From positions 6,489 to 70,488 of the forward strand of contig JALNXB010000005.1 of assembly GCA_023230585.1 (NCBI GenBank): a stretch of DNA of 64,000 nt, written 5' to 3'. This document shows, piece after piece, positions 48,642 through 59,574 of the stretch. The notes below the pieces were generated by a model. The model saw only the letters and a list, made by a program, of their open reading frames with translations. It was not told the origin of the DNA and did not search any database. Both the position numbers and the translations under genes were made by a program. Numbering within the stretch: the first letter of the stretch is position 1; each line of letters opens with the position of its first letter. This DNA is from a bacterium (GTDB lineage: Bacteria > Ratteibacteria > UBA8468 > B48-G9 > JAFGKM01).

Positions 48642-49661
48642 TTATAAAGGTTTAACATCAACAGGAGCATCCTTTTTATAGGATTCCATTATTGCTTCAA
48701 TAACATTTACAGCGCTAATCATATCATCGAGAGGCATAACAAATTTTTTCTTATTAATGATAGCGTCAATAAAATGGTCAATTTCAGCTTTAAGAGCACC
48801 GCCAACTATACCGTTATACTCTGGCCAATGAGAAATATCTGGCAACTCATAAGGCACATCTGTATCTTTTTCTCTATATATTTCTACCCCTTGGTTAAAC
48901 TTATTAAGGATTGCTGTTGCTTTAGAGCCATATATCTCAAGGTTTGATTTCAAACCACAAGGAAAATTGGCTGGTAGTACCCAACTAAATTCAAGGTGAG
49001 CTACTGCATCTTTTCCAAGATTAGCAAGAACGTAGATACAGTCTTCACTCTTCCATTTTTTGTTAACTTTAACTACCCGTTGAGCAAAAACACGGGTAAT
49101 TCTTTTTCTTGTACACCACTGTAACGCATCTATATCGTGTATCCCCACATAAAAAAGCATAGAAGTAGAATCTTTTAACCGTTTTGCAATAAGTCTGCTA
49201 TTTCTTCTTCCAGCAGAAACATGTATAACATCTCCTATCTCTTTATTCTTTACAGATTCATACATTCTTACATAACCCGGTTCAAAACGGAGTAGATGCC
49301 CTACCATTATTCTTACACCGTTTTCTTTGCACACTTCCTTAATTTTTTTACAATCTTTCACAGTTCTTGCCATAGGTTTTTCAAGCAAAATATGTTTTCC
49401 TGCTTTTGCTGAGGCAACTACCGGTTCAACATGATTATCATCAGGTAGACAGATATCAACAGCATCAAGATCTTCATTAGCAAGCATCTCCCGATAATCG
49501 GTGTAAAAAGCAGCACCGAGACTCTTCTTTAATTCTGCCCCTCTGCTTTTATCAACATCTGCAATTGCTACAAGTTCAGCACCGTGAGATTCAGCATAAA
49601 TACGAGCATGGTAAGTACCTATAAAACCAGCTCCTATAACTCCTACTCTCAATTTCCCCAT
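48642..49661 (-). CDS. Gfo/Idh/MocA family NAD(P)-dependent oxidoreductase
   Basis: LRVGVIGAGFIGTYHA Rossmann motif plus the EKP motif (ILLEKPMA) typical of the family. Confidence 0.8.
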   Translation of the reverse strand: MGKLRVGVIGAGFIGTYHARIYAESHGAELVAIADVDKSRGAELKKSLGAAFYTDYREMLANEDLDAVDICLPDDNHVEPVVASAKAGKHILLEKPMARTVKDCKKIKEVCKENGVRIMVGHLLRFEPGYVRMYESVKNKEIGDVIHVSAGRRNSRLIAKRLKDSTSMLFYVGIHDIDALQWCTRKRITRVFAQRVVKVNKKWKSEDCIYVLANLGKDAVAHLEFSWVLPANFPCGLKSNLEIYGSKATAILNKFNQGVEIYREKDTDVPYELPDISHWPEYNGIVGGALKAEIDHFIDAIINKKKFVMPLDDMISAVNVIEAIMESYKKDAPVDVKPL

Positions 49662-49705
49662 TTCTTCCTCCTTTTAGCTTGTTAACAAAACAGTTAAAGA
49701 TTGTA

Positions 49706-50569
49706 TCAGACCAAATCAAAAACTCTTTCAAGAAACTTTTTACATTCAGGGATACCAACCTCTGGGTCAGGAAGGTTATATTCAGGATGCCATGCTTCGT
49801 ACTCTATAGAAACAAAACCTGTATAATTAATGCTTTTAAGGTTTCTTACTATCCACGGAATATCAAGTTTACCTAAACCATAAACTGTACAATAGAGAGT
49901 ATTAACTATATTTCCTTGAAACCAGAACGGATACCCATCTTTAAGGTGTGTATGAACAATGTAGTCTTTCTGGTCAAAAAAACCTTGCCTATAATCTTTA
50001 AGGTTTCCATAAAGATTTCCCGGTTCATATATAACTCCAAAATTGTTAGAGCCAACAGTAGAACAAAATTTAGCAAGTTTATCTGTATAAACGCTCATAG
50101 AAAGGCAATGGTTCTCCATCCCCATTTTTACATCCTTTTCCTCAGCATAAACGACTGCTTCTCTAATATAGGGTAATACCCTCTCCACTATAACAGGGTC
50201 AAAAGGAGCAGCAGGGTCTGGGTTGTAGGGAATACCTGTGCCAACTCTAATCACCGAAGCACCAAGGTCTACTGCAAGGTCTATCTCTTTCTTCATCTCT
50301 TGTAGTTCATTATCTCTTACCTTTTCATCTTCGGAAGAAAATTTACTACCAACAGAACCAGCAAGTGAACATATCTCTACATTATACTTTTTAGCAAGAG
50401 CTACAACATTTTTCCTTTCATCTGTACTCATACTTCTTAACACATGCCCTGAAGGATTTGAGGCTCTTGCGTCAGCATACTTTAACCCAACCGTATTCAT
50501 AAATTTTAAAACCTGTTCAAAATCTTCCGTATGTTTTGTTAAACTTATTGTGCAAAAAGAAATTTTCAT
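49706..50569 (-). CDS. Sugar phosphate isomerase/epimerase (xylose isomerase-like TIM barrel)
   Basis: The 287-aa length and the pattern of conserved E/H/D metal-ligand residues (GMENH, IEYE) of the AP-endonuclease-2/TIM family. Confidence 0.65.
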   Translation of the reverse strand: MKISFCTISLTKHTEDFEQVLKFMNTVGLKYADARASNPSGHVLRSMSTDERKNVVALAKKYNVEICSLAGSVGSKFSSEDEKVRDNELQEMKKEIDLAVDLGASVIRVGTGIPYNPDPAAPFDPVIVERVLPYIREAVVYAEEKDVKMGMENHCLSMSVYTDKLAKFCSTVGSNNFGVIYEPGNLYGNLKDYRQGFFDQKDYIVHTHLKDGYPFWFQGNIVNTLYCTVYGLGKLDIPWIVRNLKSINYTGFVSIEYEAWHPEYNLPDPEVGIPECKKFLERVFDLV

Positions 50570-50589
50570 TTTCCTCTCCTAATCCTTTA

Positions 50590-50793
50590 TGTTTTTATCT
50601 GCCAAACTTGGCTATGCTTTAAGCGTTAATTACGCAGGAAAGCCTTATGTGCCTGCGGCAATCCTCGTTTTCCCTTAACCTGCATACAGCCCCTCCTCCT
50701 ACGCTAAAATACAAGCCTCATCCCATTAACCACTCTGCAAACCCCTGAGGACATACTATCCCAAGCACCTCCAAGGGGTAGAAGGCAAAAAAG
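50590..50793. repeat. GC-rich composite intergenic repeat element, copy C (degenerate: inverted M1 fragment plus M3 fragment)
   Basis: cctcctacgctaaaatacaagc at 50695-50716 is the reverse complement of the M1 3' half as seen at 62726-62745; cacctccaaggggtagaaggcaaaaaag at 50767-50794 matches M3. Confidence 0.65.
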
Positions 50794-52068
50794 TTAAGGT
50801 TTAATAACTTCCATTCCACCCATATATTTCTGCAAAACCTCAGGTACAATAACAGAACCGTCAGGCTGTTGATATTGCTCAAGAATAGCAATTATCACTC
50901 TCGGTAAAGCAACCCCTGAACCGTTCAATGTATGTAGATATTCTTTAGCACCACTCTTCTTCCTATATCTAATATTCCCTCTTTTAGCTTGAAAATCCTC
51001 AAAATTAGAACAAGAGGAAACTTCCAACCATTTTTCAGTCCCTGAAGCCCAAACTTCAATATCATAACATTTGCTTGCTGAAAAACTTAGGTCACCAGTA
51101 CAGAGTTTTAATACTCTATAAGATAACTTTAAAGATTGAAGAATACTTTCGGCTTCAGAAAGAAGAGTTTCAAGTTCATTATAGGAAGTTTCTGGTTTTA
51201 CAAATTTAACAAGTTCCACCTTATCAAACTGATGTAGTCTCATTAAACCTTTTGTATCTTTTCCATAAGCACCCGCTTCTCTCCTAAAGCAAGGAGTGTA
51301 AGCAACATAATATATTGGAAGATTTCCTTCATCCACAAGGTCGCCTCTATGTAGATTTGTAACCGGAACCTCTGCAGTAGGTATAAGGAATAGATCGTCC
51401 TCCTGCACAAAATACATATCTTTTTCAAGTTTAGGTATCTGTCCTGTTGAAAACATACTATCTCTATTTACAACTGCAGGGACCCATACTTCTTTAAAAC
51501 CATTTTTCAAATGAGTCTCTATCATAAAATTTATAAGAGCCCTAACAAGAGAAGCACCTGCTCCCATAAAAACAGGGAAAAAACTTCCAGAAATTTTAGC
51601 GCCTTTAGGAAAATCAAGAATACCAAGATTAGTTCCTACTTCCCAATGTGGAAGAACCTTAAACGAAGGAGTAACTCCTAATTGCCATTCTTTTATAGTT
51701 TCATTATCGGCAGCGTTTTTACCTATAGGAACAGAATTATGTGAAATATTGGGAATCATTGAGATAATAAGTTCAAACTCTTTCTCTATCTCTTTAAGTT
51801 CTGCTTCCCTCTCTCTTATCTCATCAGAGTACTCTTTTGCCTGCTTAACCATTTCTTTAAAAGAGTCTTCATTTTTTTCATCTTTTCTGTTGGAAATTTT
51901 TAGGCTTATATCTTTCTGCATTTTTTTTCTTTCCTCAACAAAAGATATTATCTCCCTTCTTGAATTATCCAGTTCTTCAAGTTTTTCCCAATCTATCTTT
52001 TCGCCTTTATTAAAAGATGCAACCTTTAATAGTTCAAGATTATCTCTTACAAACTTCGCAGAATACAT
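50794..52068 (-). CDS. serS: Seryl-tRNA synthetase
   Basis: N-terminal coiled-coil arm and class II motifs (FRREAGAYGKDTKGLMRLHQFDKVE; GSGVALPRVIIAILE). Confidence 0.9.
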   Translation of the reverse strand: MYSAKFVRDNLELLKVASFNKGEKIDWEKLEELDNSRREIISFVEERKKMQKDISLKISNRKDEKNEDSFKEMVKQAKEYSDEIREREAELKEIEKEFELIISMIPNISHNSVPIGKNAADNETIKEWQLGVTPSFKVLPHWEVGTNLGILDFPKGAKISGSFFPVFMGAGASLVRALINFMIETHLKNGFKEVWVPAVVNRDSMFSTGQIPKLEKDMYFVQEDDLFLIPTAEVPVTNLHRGDLVDEGNLPIYYVAYTPCFRREAGAYGKDTKGLMRLHQFDKVELVKFVKPETSYNELETLLSEAESILQSLKLSYRVLKLCTGDLSFSASKCYDIEVWASGTEKWLEVSSCSNFEDFQAKRGNIRYRKKSGAKEYLHTLNGSGVALPRVIIAILEQYQQPDGSVIVPEVLQKYMGGMEVIKP

Positions 52069-52091
52069 ATTTCTCTCCTCATTTAGCTTTT

Positions 52092-52379
52092 TTAACGCCC
52101 CTCAGGTTCCTGGTCTTGAATCCTATATATATATTCCCCTTCTTTCACATATCCATAATTCTCACGCAAAAGTTTTTCGGTAAAATATGGGTCCTGCTGA
52201 AGGGACTCAAGGTAATTTAAAAGTTGAGTATTATCTTCTTCAAGTTTGGATATCTCATTCAAATAATGTCGGTATAAATTTCGTTGTTTAATAAGATTGT
52301 TTAAACGAGGCAAATTTAACACTGTAAGAATAATAGACAAAAACAAAACACGCTTCTTATTCTTATTTCTTCTTTTCAT
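52092..52379 (-). CDS. ftsB: Cell division protein FtsB/DivIC family (septum formation initiator)
   Basis: TM segment followed by a leucine-zipper coiled coil; conserved position immediately downstream of eno. Confidence 0.65.
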   Translation of the reverse strand: MKRRNKNKKRVLFLSIILTVLNLPRLNNLIKQRNLYRHYLNEISKLEEDNTQLLNYLESLQQDPYFTEKLLRENYGYVKEGEYIYRIQDQEPEGR

Positions 52380-52386
52380 ATTTCTC

Positions 52387-53658
52387 CTATTTTAAAAGAA
52401 GTTTGCCTGCATAATCCGCATTTTCACCGAGAGAATCCTCAATTCTTAATAGTTGATTATATTTACACAAACGTTCCGACCTACTTAAAGAACCTGTCTT
52501 AATTTGACCAGCATTAACACCAACCGACAAATCAGCTATAAAGGTATCTTCTGTTTCTCCGCTTCTATGAGAAATAACTACACCATAACTGTTCTGCTGA
52601 GCCATCTCTATTGTTTCAAGTGTTTCTGTTAGAGTTCCTATCTGGTTCACTTTTATAAGTATTGCGTTTGCAACCTTTTTCTCAATACCTTCTTTAAAAA
52701 TTACAGGATTCGTAACAAATATATCGTCACCTACAATCTGAGTTTGATTTCCTATCCTTCTTGTCATATCATACCAACCATCCCAATCATTTTCAGCTAA
52801 ACCATCTTCAATTGAAAATATAGGGTATTTTTTTATTATTGTTTCGTAATAATCTACCAGTTCGCTCGAAGTTTTTTTCTTACCTTCAAATAGATATGAA
52901 CCTTTCTCAAATATTGATGAAGCAGCAACATCAAGAGCTATATAAATATCTTTTCCTTCAACATAACCTGCTTTTTGTATAGATTCTACTATCAAAGATA
53001 ATGCTTCCTCGTTGGTGTTAAGGTTAGGAGCAAAACCGCCTTCATCTCCCACCGAAGTGATATGCCCTTTTTCTTTAAGAATGTTTTTCAAAACCTGAAA
53101 AACTTCTGCTGTCATCCTGTACCCGTCTTTAAAAGTTTTTGCACCTAAAGGTGCTATCATAAACTCTTGTATATCAAGATTGTTGTCAGCGTGCATACCT
53201 CCATTAATTATATTACAGAGTGGCACAGGTAAAATATTTGCTCTAAGCCCACCAAGATAAAAATAGAGAGGTAAACAGAGAGACTCTGCAGCGGCTCTTG
53301 CAACAGCAAGACTTACACCAAGCATAGCGTTGGCACCAAGTTTTGATTTGTTTTCTGTTCCATCAAGTTCTATAAGAAATTTATCTATTGCTCTCTGTTC
53401 AGTAACTAAAAACCCTTCACTGATAAGTTCAGGTGCAATAATTTCATTAACATTATCAACAGCTATCTGAACACCTTTCCCAAGAAACCTTTCTCCACCA
53501 TCTCTAAGTTCTAAAGCCTCCCTCTCACCTGTAGACGCACCCGACGGGACAGCTGCCCTTTCAAGTGTACCATCTTCTAACATTACTTCAACCTCTACTG
53601 TGGGGGTACCTCTTGAATCAAGTATTTCTCGAGCGCTAATATCAATAATTTCCATCAA
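52387..53658 (-). CDS. eno: Enolase (phosphopyruvate hydratase)
   Basis: [37 protein letters not shown] and KYNQLLRIE, a canonical enolase signature. Confidence 0.95.
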   Translation of the reverse strand: MMEIIDISAREILDSRGTPTVEVEVMLEDGTLERAAVPSGASTGEREALELRDGGERFLGKGVQIAVDNVNEIIAPELISEGFLVTEQRAIDKFLIELDGTENKSKLGANAMLGVSLAVARAAAESLCLPLYFYLGGLRANILPVPLCNIINGGMHADNNLDIQEFMIAPLGAKTFKDGYRMTAEVFQVLKNILKEKGHITSVGDEGGFAPNLNTNEEALSLIVESIQKAGYVEGKDIYIALDVAASSIFEKGSYLFEGKKKTSSELVDYYETIIKKYPIFSIEDGLAENDWDGWYDMTRRIGNQTQIVGDDIFVTNPVIFKEGIEKKVANAILIKVNQIGTLTETLETIEMAQQNSYGVVISHRSGETEDTFIADLSVGVNAGQIKTGSLSRSERLCKYNQLLRIEDSLGENADYAGKLLLK

Positions 53659-53664
53659 AGCCTC

Positions 53665-54318
53665 CTATTGTTTCAAATTATCCTTTATATATTTTTTAAA
53701 ATCTATTAAATTTGCAAAAATCTTAATATCTTTTATCTTTTTTAAATCTTCGTAAGGGGTAGACCCAGTTGAAAGTAAAAATGTGTCAACCCCTGCCCTT
53801 GTTCCTGCTAAAAAATCTACATCCATATCTCCAACATAAAAAGTTTCTTCTGGTTTAACTTTATGAAAATCCATTATATGCAATATCATATCAGGGGAAG
53901 GTTTTGCTTTAGACACATCGTCTTCGGTACATATTATATCAAAATATCTTCTCATATTCAATTCATTTAATAGTTCACCAGCTGACACTTTTGACCTGTT
54001 GGTTGCAACTCCCAAAAGTAGGTCTCTATCTAAAAGGAATTTCAGTAGTTCCTCACCACCCTGAAAAAGTTTTACGTTCCCTTTTAAAAACCTTTTATGG
54101 TTATCTTTGTAAATTGCCATCAATTCAGAAACATGTTCCTCTTTTACAAATTTTGATGCAAGATTTCTGCTACCTCCACCAACTGCTCTTTTCACTGTTT
54201 CAACAGAAACTGTAGGGTACCCTAAAATACCCAAAGAATAATTAAAAGTTGCTGATATAGCGTTATAAGCATCCACCAAAGTTCCATCTAAATCAAAAAT
54301 TCCAAGTTTTTTATTCAT
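53665..54318 (-). CDS. HAD-superfamily hydrolase (phosphoglycolate phosphatase-like)
   Basis: Motif I FDLDGTLVD, motif II (VATN) and motif IV GDxxxD (VGDMDVD). Confidence 0.8.
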   Translation of the reverse strand: MNKKLGIFDLDGTLVDAYNAISATFNYSLGILGYPTVSVETVKRAVGGGSRNLASKFVKEEHVSELMAIYKDNHKRFLKGNVKLFQGGEELLKFLLDRDLLLGVATNRSKVSAGELLNELNMRRYFDIICTEDDVSKAKPSPDMILHIMDFHKVKPEETFYVGDMDVDFLAGTRAGVDTFLLSTGSTPYEDLKKIKDIKIFANLIDFKKYIKDNLKQ

Positions 54319-54503
54319 TAATATTACTTTACACTAAACTATATCTATTGTCAATCGTCTAACAATTAAAAGAAAGAAAAACTGCTGGTTTTATTATAAA
54401 AATCTTGTTTTAGTAAAAACATTCGTTTCTAAATAGCACGTTAGAGTTTCTCTTGTTCTATTTTTTACTGGTAATAGAGCAATGGGAAAGAAGGAGGTGA
54501 AAA

Positions 54504-54854
54504 GTGAAAAAAATATTTAAAATTGCTATACCCCTAATTTTTATATCCTCTACGATTTCTCTGTTTGCCCAAGAACCGCAAGTGCAAAAACAACTTAAAG
54601 AAACTTTAGAGATGAGACAACAGATGAGAGAGATAGAAAAAAATATTATAGAAAATGATTCTGAATTAAAAAGTATTGCGGAAGAATTAAAAAATACAAG
54701 CAACAGATTACGCGAAAGATTAAACGCTAAACTTGCTGGGCATACAGAGTATCAAGAACTCAAGAAAAAAACTGAAAAAATGAAAGAAGACTGGAGGAAA
54801 GAACGTCCAGAAAGAAGAAAAAGAAGACCTAGCGAAAGACCCCCAATAAAATAG
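54504..54854 (+). CDS. Hypothetical small secreted protein (coiled coil, basic C-terminus)
   Basis: GTG start after GAAGGAGGTG; signal peptide MKKIFKIAIPLIFISSTISLFAQE; the rest is a charged helical sequence. Confidence 0.4.
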   Translation: MKKIFKIAIPLIFISSTISLFAQEPQVQKQLKETLEMRQQMREIEKNIIENDSELKSIAEELKNTSNRLRERLNAKLAGHTEYQELKKKTEKMKEDWRKERPERRKRRPSERPPIK

Positions 54855-54933
54855 CGTTACAATTTATAAATAATTTATCTTCCAAACATTAAAATAATTT
54901 TTTTCTTTTTAAAAAAATGTGGTAATATATGGT

Positions 54934-55797
54934 ATGACTGGAATAGATATTATAATTATCCTTATTTTCTGTTTTAGTGTTTTAATTGGTTACCATAGGG
55001 GTTTTGTATGTAGTGTTGGTGACATATTGGGCATAGTTTTAGGTTCAATTATAGCTTCCTTTGCCTACCGTGCTCCCTTAAAACTTATGACCCAATTTGA
55101 TATTACTGGTATTGCAGTAGAGTTGGTCTTTTTCATTCTTACACTCCTCTTTTTTTCACTCCTTTTGATAATACTAATAGAGTCATTAAGAAAGCGTATC
55201 GATGCTAAACATTTTATAGACAGATACGCAGGTCTTATTTTAGGCGCTTTTGAAGGCTTTATTTTTACTGGGTTGCTTCTATTTATAATGAGCGCTTCTT
55301 TTAATTCAGCAACAGAGGTACAAAATAGCAAACTTTCAAAAAATGTTATACGTTTTATGCCTGCCGTTTATGAAAAGAGCGAACAATTTGGTATTATTTT
55401 TCCTAAAATGATACTCCTCTCAACAGAGTATATTGACGAGTTTAAACAGAGTAAGAAGGATATACAATTTTCAAAACTAAACTTTTCATCTTTTGATGGC
55501 TACACTTGTATGGAGTGCGGAGGTAAAGTTAAATTTGAAGGTTATTTTCAAAGAGTTGGAGCTACTTTTATACCAAAATTCACCTGTTTAGAGTGTGAAA
55601 GAACATCTTGTGGTTGCCAAACCTATCAAGGTTTTCATAATTTATATAACAAATGCCCCATAGAAATAGCAAAAACAAAACTGAGATTTGATTGTGGACA
55701 CTGGAGCAATCATAAACTTATTACACCAAAAGGACCTTGTCCAATAGATAACCAGACTATTGAATTCTGGTTATGGGAACCGCCTCAAGAATATTAA
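54934..55797 (+). CDS. CvpA family membrane protein with C-terminal Cys-rich zinc-ribbon-like extension
   Basis: N-terminus IDIIIILIFCFSVLIGYHRGFVCSVGDILGIVLGSIIASF resembles CvpA (colicin V production protein); C-terminal CMECGG...CLECERTSCGC...CGHW cysteine clusters. Confidence 0.5.
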   Translation: MTGIDIIIILIFCFSVLIGYHRGFVCSVGDILGIVLGSIIASFAYRAPLKLMTQFDITGIAVELVFFILTLLFFSLLLIILIESLRKRIDAKHFIDRYAGLILGAFEGFIFTGLLLFIMSASFNSATEVQNSKLSKNVIRFMPAVYEKSEQFGIIFPKMILLSTEYIDEFKQSKKDIQFSKLNFSSFDGYTCMECGGKVKFEGYFQRVGATFIPKFTCLECERTSCGCQTYQGFHNLYNKCPIEIAKTKLRFDCGHWSNHKLITPKGPCPIDNQTIEFWLWEPPQEY

Positions 55798-55807
55798 GTA
55801 GAAATTT

Positions 55808-57088
55808 TCACTCATGACGTAGAGCCTCTATAGGGTCAAGCCAAGCAGCTTTTCTTGCAGGATATATTCCAAACGTAATTCCTATTGCAACTGATATTCC
55901 AAAAGCTATAAGTACCGACCAGTATGTAACTATTGTTACCATACCAGCTAATTTAGTAACAACTGCTGGAATAGTTATTCCAAGAAAGACACCTATTAAC
56001 CCGCCAACAGACGATAGAATAACAGCTTCAATTAGAAACTGGTTTATTATATCTCTCCTTTTTGCACCGAGCGCCCTTCTAATACCTATCTCTCTAGTCC
56101 TTTCGGTCACGGTTGCAAGCATAATATTCATAATCCCTATACCACCAACAATAAGAGATATGGCAGCTATAGCCCCTAAAACAATATTAAAGATTTTTGT
56201 TGTATGTTCAGCTTGTTTAAGCAGTTGTAAAGGCACAAGTATTTCATAATCTGGTTGTTTGTGAGTTGTAGTAAGAATATCTTCAATTATAGCAGCAGTA
56301 GTAACTATTTTCTGTGCATCTGCAACTTTTATTATAAAACGATGGTATTTTACCCAACTTTTATCAGAAGACCGTCGCCCTGCTCCTGTTTCGCCTAAAG
56401 TATATTCACCATAATATGCTCTTTGAGTTGTGAGAGGCATATAAACATCAAAATTGATATCTTCTGCTTCAAATCCTACCCCTGAAACAATTGCCCTTTC
56501 ACTCGCAACCCCCACAACCGTAAAATAGTTCTGCCCTATTCTAATCTCTTTTCCAATAGCGTTGTCCAGAGGAATTAATTGTTTTTTTACAGATGACCCT
56601 ATTATTACATAAGGTTTTGAGAGGTTGTAATCTACATAATTAAAGAACCGTCCATTTATAATTTCAAGGTTCATAACACCAGGATACTCAGGGTATGTTC
56701 CAACAAGTTTTACACTCATACTTTTATCCAAATACCATACATCTCTCTTATCTTCCCAAGCAGGTATAACCTTTTCAACTGATGGCACGCTTTCAATCTT
56801 AGCTAAATCCTCTGGAGTTAACCCGTAAGCTACAAGAGACACTGTTTGCTGAGCTCCTGACTCTCTTGGAGGTTTTACTGCTTTAATTATTACATTGTGG
56901 CTACCTAACTCTTTAATCTTTTCTCTTGCCTCAAAACTTGCTCCCTCTCCAATCGCAAGCATTGATATCACAGATGCAACACCAAAAACTATACCAAGAA
57001 TTGTCAACAAAGAGCGGAGTTTATGCATATATATATTTTTCCACCCTGCTTTAATAATTCTATTTATATGAAATATATTTATATTCAT
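55808..57088 (-). CDS. ABC transporter permease, MacB/FtsX family
   Basis: N-terminal TM segment, MacB-like periplasmic core domain, C-terminal FtsX 3-TM domain; last gene of the efflux operon. Confidence 0.85.
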   Translation of the reverse strand: MNINIFHINRIIKAGWKNIYMHKLRSLLTILGIVFGVASVISMLAIGEGASFEAREKIKELGSHNVIIKAVKPPRESGAQQTVSLVAYGLTPEDLAKIESVPSVEKVIPAWEDKRDVWYLDKSMSVKLVGTYPEYPGVMNLEIINGRFFNYVDYNLSKPYVIIGSSVKKQLIPLDNAIGKEIRIGQNYFTVVGVASERAIVSGVGFEAEDINFDVYMPLTTQRAYYGEYTLGETGAGRRSSDKSWVKYHRFIIKVADAQKIVTTAAIIEDILTTTHKQPDYEILVPLQLLKQAEHTTKIFNIVLGAIAAISLIVGGIGIMNIMLATVTERTREIGIRRALGAKRRDIINQFLIEAVILSSVGGLIGVFLGITIPAVVTKLAGMVTIVTYWSVLIAFGISVAIGITFGIYPARKAAWLDPIEALRHE

Positions 57089-57121
57089 TTTTTATACTAA
57101 GAGATATGGTCTCTTGCTCCT

Positions 57122-57796
57122 TTATCCACTAACTATTTCTCCATCAAGTATCCTGACAATTACCTTACCATATTCTGCTATTTTACTGTCGTGGGTAATA
57201 ACAAAAAGGGTGGTACCCTTCTCATTAAGGTTTGTCAGTAGGTTCATTATCTCTACACCTGTTTTAGTATCAAGGTTCCCTGTAGGTTCATCGGCAAGTA
57301 TAAATGTTGGTTCATTTATAAGAGCCCTTGCTATTGCTACTCTCTGTTGTTGCCCACCTGAAAGTTCAGTAGGTTTATGTCGCACCCTATCTTTTAGTCC
57401 AACAAGTTCAGCCATCTGAAGCGCCTTCTCCGAAACCAATCTATCATCAACCCCTTGATAAAATAATGGTAGACCGATATTTTCAACAACTGTAAGATGT
57501 TGTATCAGATTATACGATTGAAATATAAAACCTATCTTAGTACTTCTTATTATTGAAAGTTTATCGTCATCTAAAGAAGATACCTCATGGTTCTCTAAAA
57601 GATATCTACCCGATGTCGGTGTATCCAAACACCCAAGTATATTAAGCATAGTTGTTTTGCCGCTTCCAGAAGGACCCATCAAAGATATATGTACACCTTT
57701 TTCAATCTCAAGACATATATCTTTCAAGACAGGAATCTTTATCTTACCAATTTCATAAGTTTTAGTGATATTTTCAAGTTTGATTATAGGTTCCAT
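57122..57796 (-). CDS. ABC transporter ATP-binding protein (MacB/LolD-type)
   Basis: Walker [10 protein letters not shown], signature [15 protein letters not shown], Walker [12 protein letters not shown]. Confidence 0.9.
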   Translation of the reverse strand: MEPIIKLENITKTYEIGKIKIPVLKDICLEIEKGVHISLMGPSGSGKTTMLNILGCLDTPTSGRYLLENHEVSSLDDDKLSIIRSTKIGFIFQSYNLIQHLTVVENIGLPLFYQGVDDRLVSEKALQMAELVGLKDRVRHKPTELSGGQQQRVAIARALINEPTFILADEPTGNLDTKTGVEIMNLLTNLNEKGTTLFVITHDSKIAEYGKVIVRILDGEIVSG

Positions 57797-59574
57797 TATT
57801 CTCTTTCCATCGCTGGTCTTCTACGCCTACCGCTTCCTGTTCGTTGGACAGGTGCAGAGTTATCAGAATCGGGAACCACATTCGCAGGTTGACTGTTTAA
57901 AGACGGTCTTTCAACTTCTCTCTCAGGTTCAGTTTGTGCTGGAACACTTTCTTGAGATGATGTATCTGTCTTAAAAACCCCTTTTTCTTCTAACTCAGCT
58001 TTTTTTATTTTAGAAGTTAAAGAAACCCCTGGTTTAATTATTACTGTTTCGCCTTCTTTTAATCCTTCCTTTATCTCTACCAATGTTTCGCTACTATCCC
58101 CAAGTTCAACCTCTTTTTCTATAATATGCCCTTCTTTTAAAACAGATAGAAATGAACTGTTCCCTTTAAAATAGACAGCATTTATTGGTACTGCTACAAC
58201 ATCTTTCAACTCTTTTATTAAAATTTCTACTTTAGCTGTCATCCCCGGCTTCAGAAACTCCATATTATCGCTAAGATTATTAAGGGTTATCTGGGTAAGA
58301 TAAATATTAATATCTGGATTTTGAAATTTTATGGCAGCATCAGGCATAATAGCAACCTTTTTTACTGTTCCAGTAAGTGGTACGTCAGGAAAAGCATCTA
58401 CTCTTATATTTGCCAACATACCTGTTTGAACTTTTTTTATTGAAGATTCGTGTATCTTAACCTCAACCCCCATACTTCTAAAATCAGGCAGATTAAAAAG
58501 TTCTTGATACATTCTTATACTTGTACCCGGTTGAATAGGGCTCTGACTTGCCCAAGGTCTTGAACTGGTTGCATAAGTAACAAACCCTTGTTTGGTTGCT
58601 CTTATTGTGCAGTTTTCTATATTTTGTTCAACATCTCTAAGATTCCCCCTTGTTTGTATATATGCAGATTTTCTATTTCTTAGGTTTGCTTCAATTTGTA
58701 TCATCCTTGCTCTTGCTGTATCTTTTGTTCGTTCAAACTGATTCATAGCCACTTTATAGTTTGACATATAAGTCTCAACCGCTTTAACAAAATCATATTT
58801 AAGAAAAAGCTGGTATTCAAGTTCTGCTTGTTGCTGTGCAACTTCTTTCTGTTTGAGAGCAAGTCTATCTGCTTCAAGTTCCATTTTTGTTACATACCCT
58901 TTTTCAGAAAGTTTCTGACTCCACTCAACCTTATCTCTTGCTCTTACAACTTCTTCTTTTGCAAGGTCAATCTTGTTTTCGAGAGAACTTTTTTTGTTTA
59001 ACGCTTCCCCACCTAAATTATCGCTTCTAATCAAAACTGCATAATTTATATCTTCACTTTTATCAAGAATACTCTTAGAAAGGATAGCGCCAAGGTACTT
59101 GTCGAGGTCCATCTCTGCAAACTTAACCTTCAATTCTGCCTGAGAGATATCGTTATCATTCTGTTTTTTTTGTATCTCAAGGTTCTGCCCTGCTTCTGTA
59201 TATGCAGCCAGAGTATTTTCAACATTAAGAGTCAACTGCTCCTTTCTATCTTCCAGATCTTTTGAATCAAGACTAATAAGAATTCTTCCGTTTGCAATAT
59301 CCTGTTCTGTTATTTCTGTTCCTTCATCTATTACATCAAGAATAGTTCTATTACCTGGTACTTCGTTCCTAATTTTTTGTGATTCTAAAGCAACAAGGTT
59401 ACCGCCTTCTATGACAGAAATAAGTAGGTCCTGTTTTTTCACAACAAAAGTCACAAGTTCTCCACTTTTTCTTTTATCTACAATTCTTTTATTAACAAAA
59501 AATATTACAACTATTATTAGCAAGACCAGATAAAAAATCTTGTTTTTAAATATTCTGTTTAGTAATTTTTTCAT
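57796..59574 (-). CDS. Efflux pump periplasmic adaptor (membrane fusion protein, HlyD/MacA-like) with disordered C-terminal tail
   Basis: N-terminal TM anchor, long coiled-coil hairpin, beta-barrel/lipoyl segments; about 70-aa low-complexity C-terminus ending RRRRPAMERE. Confidence 0.7.
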   Translation of the reverse strand: MKKLLNRIFKNKIFYLVLLIIVVIFFVNKRIVDKRKSGELVTFVVKKQDLLISVIEGGNLVALESQKIRNEVPGNRTILDVIDEGTEITEQDIANGRILISLDSKDLEDRKEQLTLNVENTLAAYTEAGQNLEIQKKQNDNDISQAELKVKFAEMDLDKYLGAILSKSILDKSEDINYAVLIRSDNLGGEALNKKSSLENKIDLAKEEVVRARDKVEWSQKLSEKGYVTKMELEADRLALKQKEVAQQQAELEYQLFLKYDFVKAVETYMSNYKVAMNQFERTKDTARARMIQIEANLRNRKSAYIQTRGNLRDVEQNIENCTIRATKQGFVTYATSSRPWASQSPIQPGTSIRMYQELFNLPDFRSMGVEVKIHESSIKKVQTGMLANIRVDAFPDVPLTGTVKKVAIMPDAAIKFQNPDINIYLTQITLNNLSDNMEFLKPGMTAKVEILIKELKDVVAVPINAVYFKGNSSFLSVLKEGHIIEKEVELGDSSETLVEIKEGLKEGETVIIKPGVSLTSKIKKAELEEKGVFKTDTSSQESVPAQTEPEREVERPSLNSQPANVVPDSDNSAPVQRTGSGRRRRPAMERE

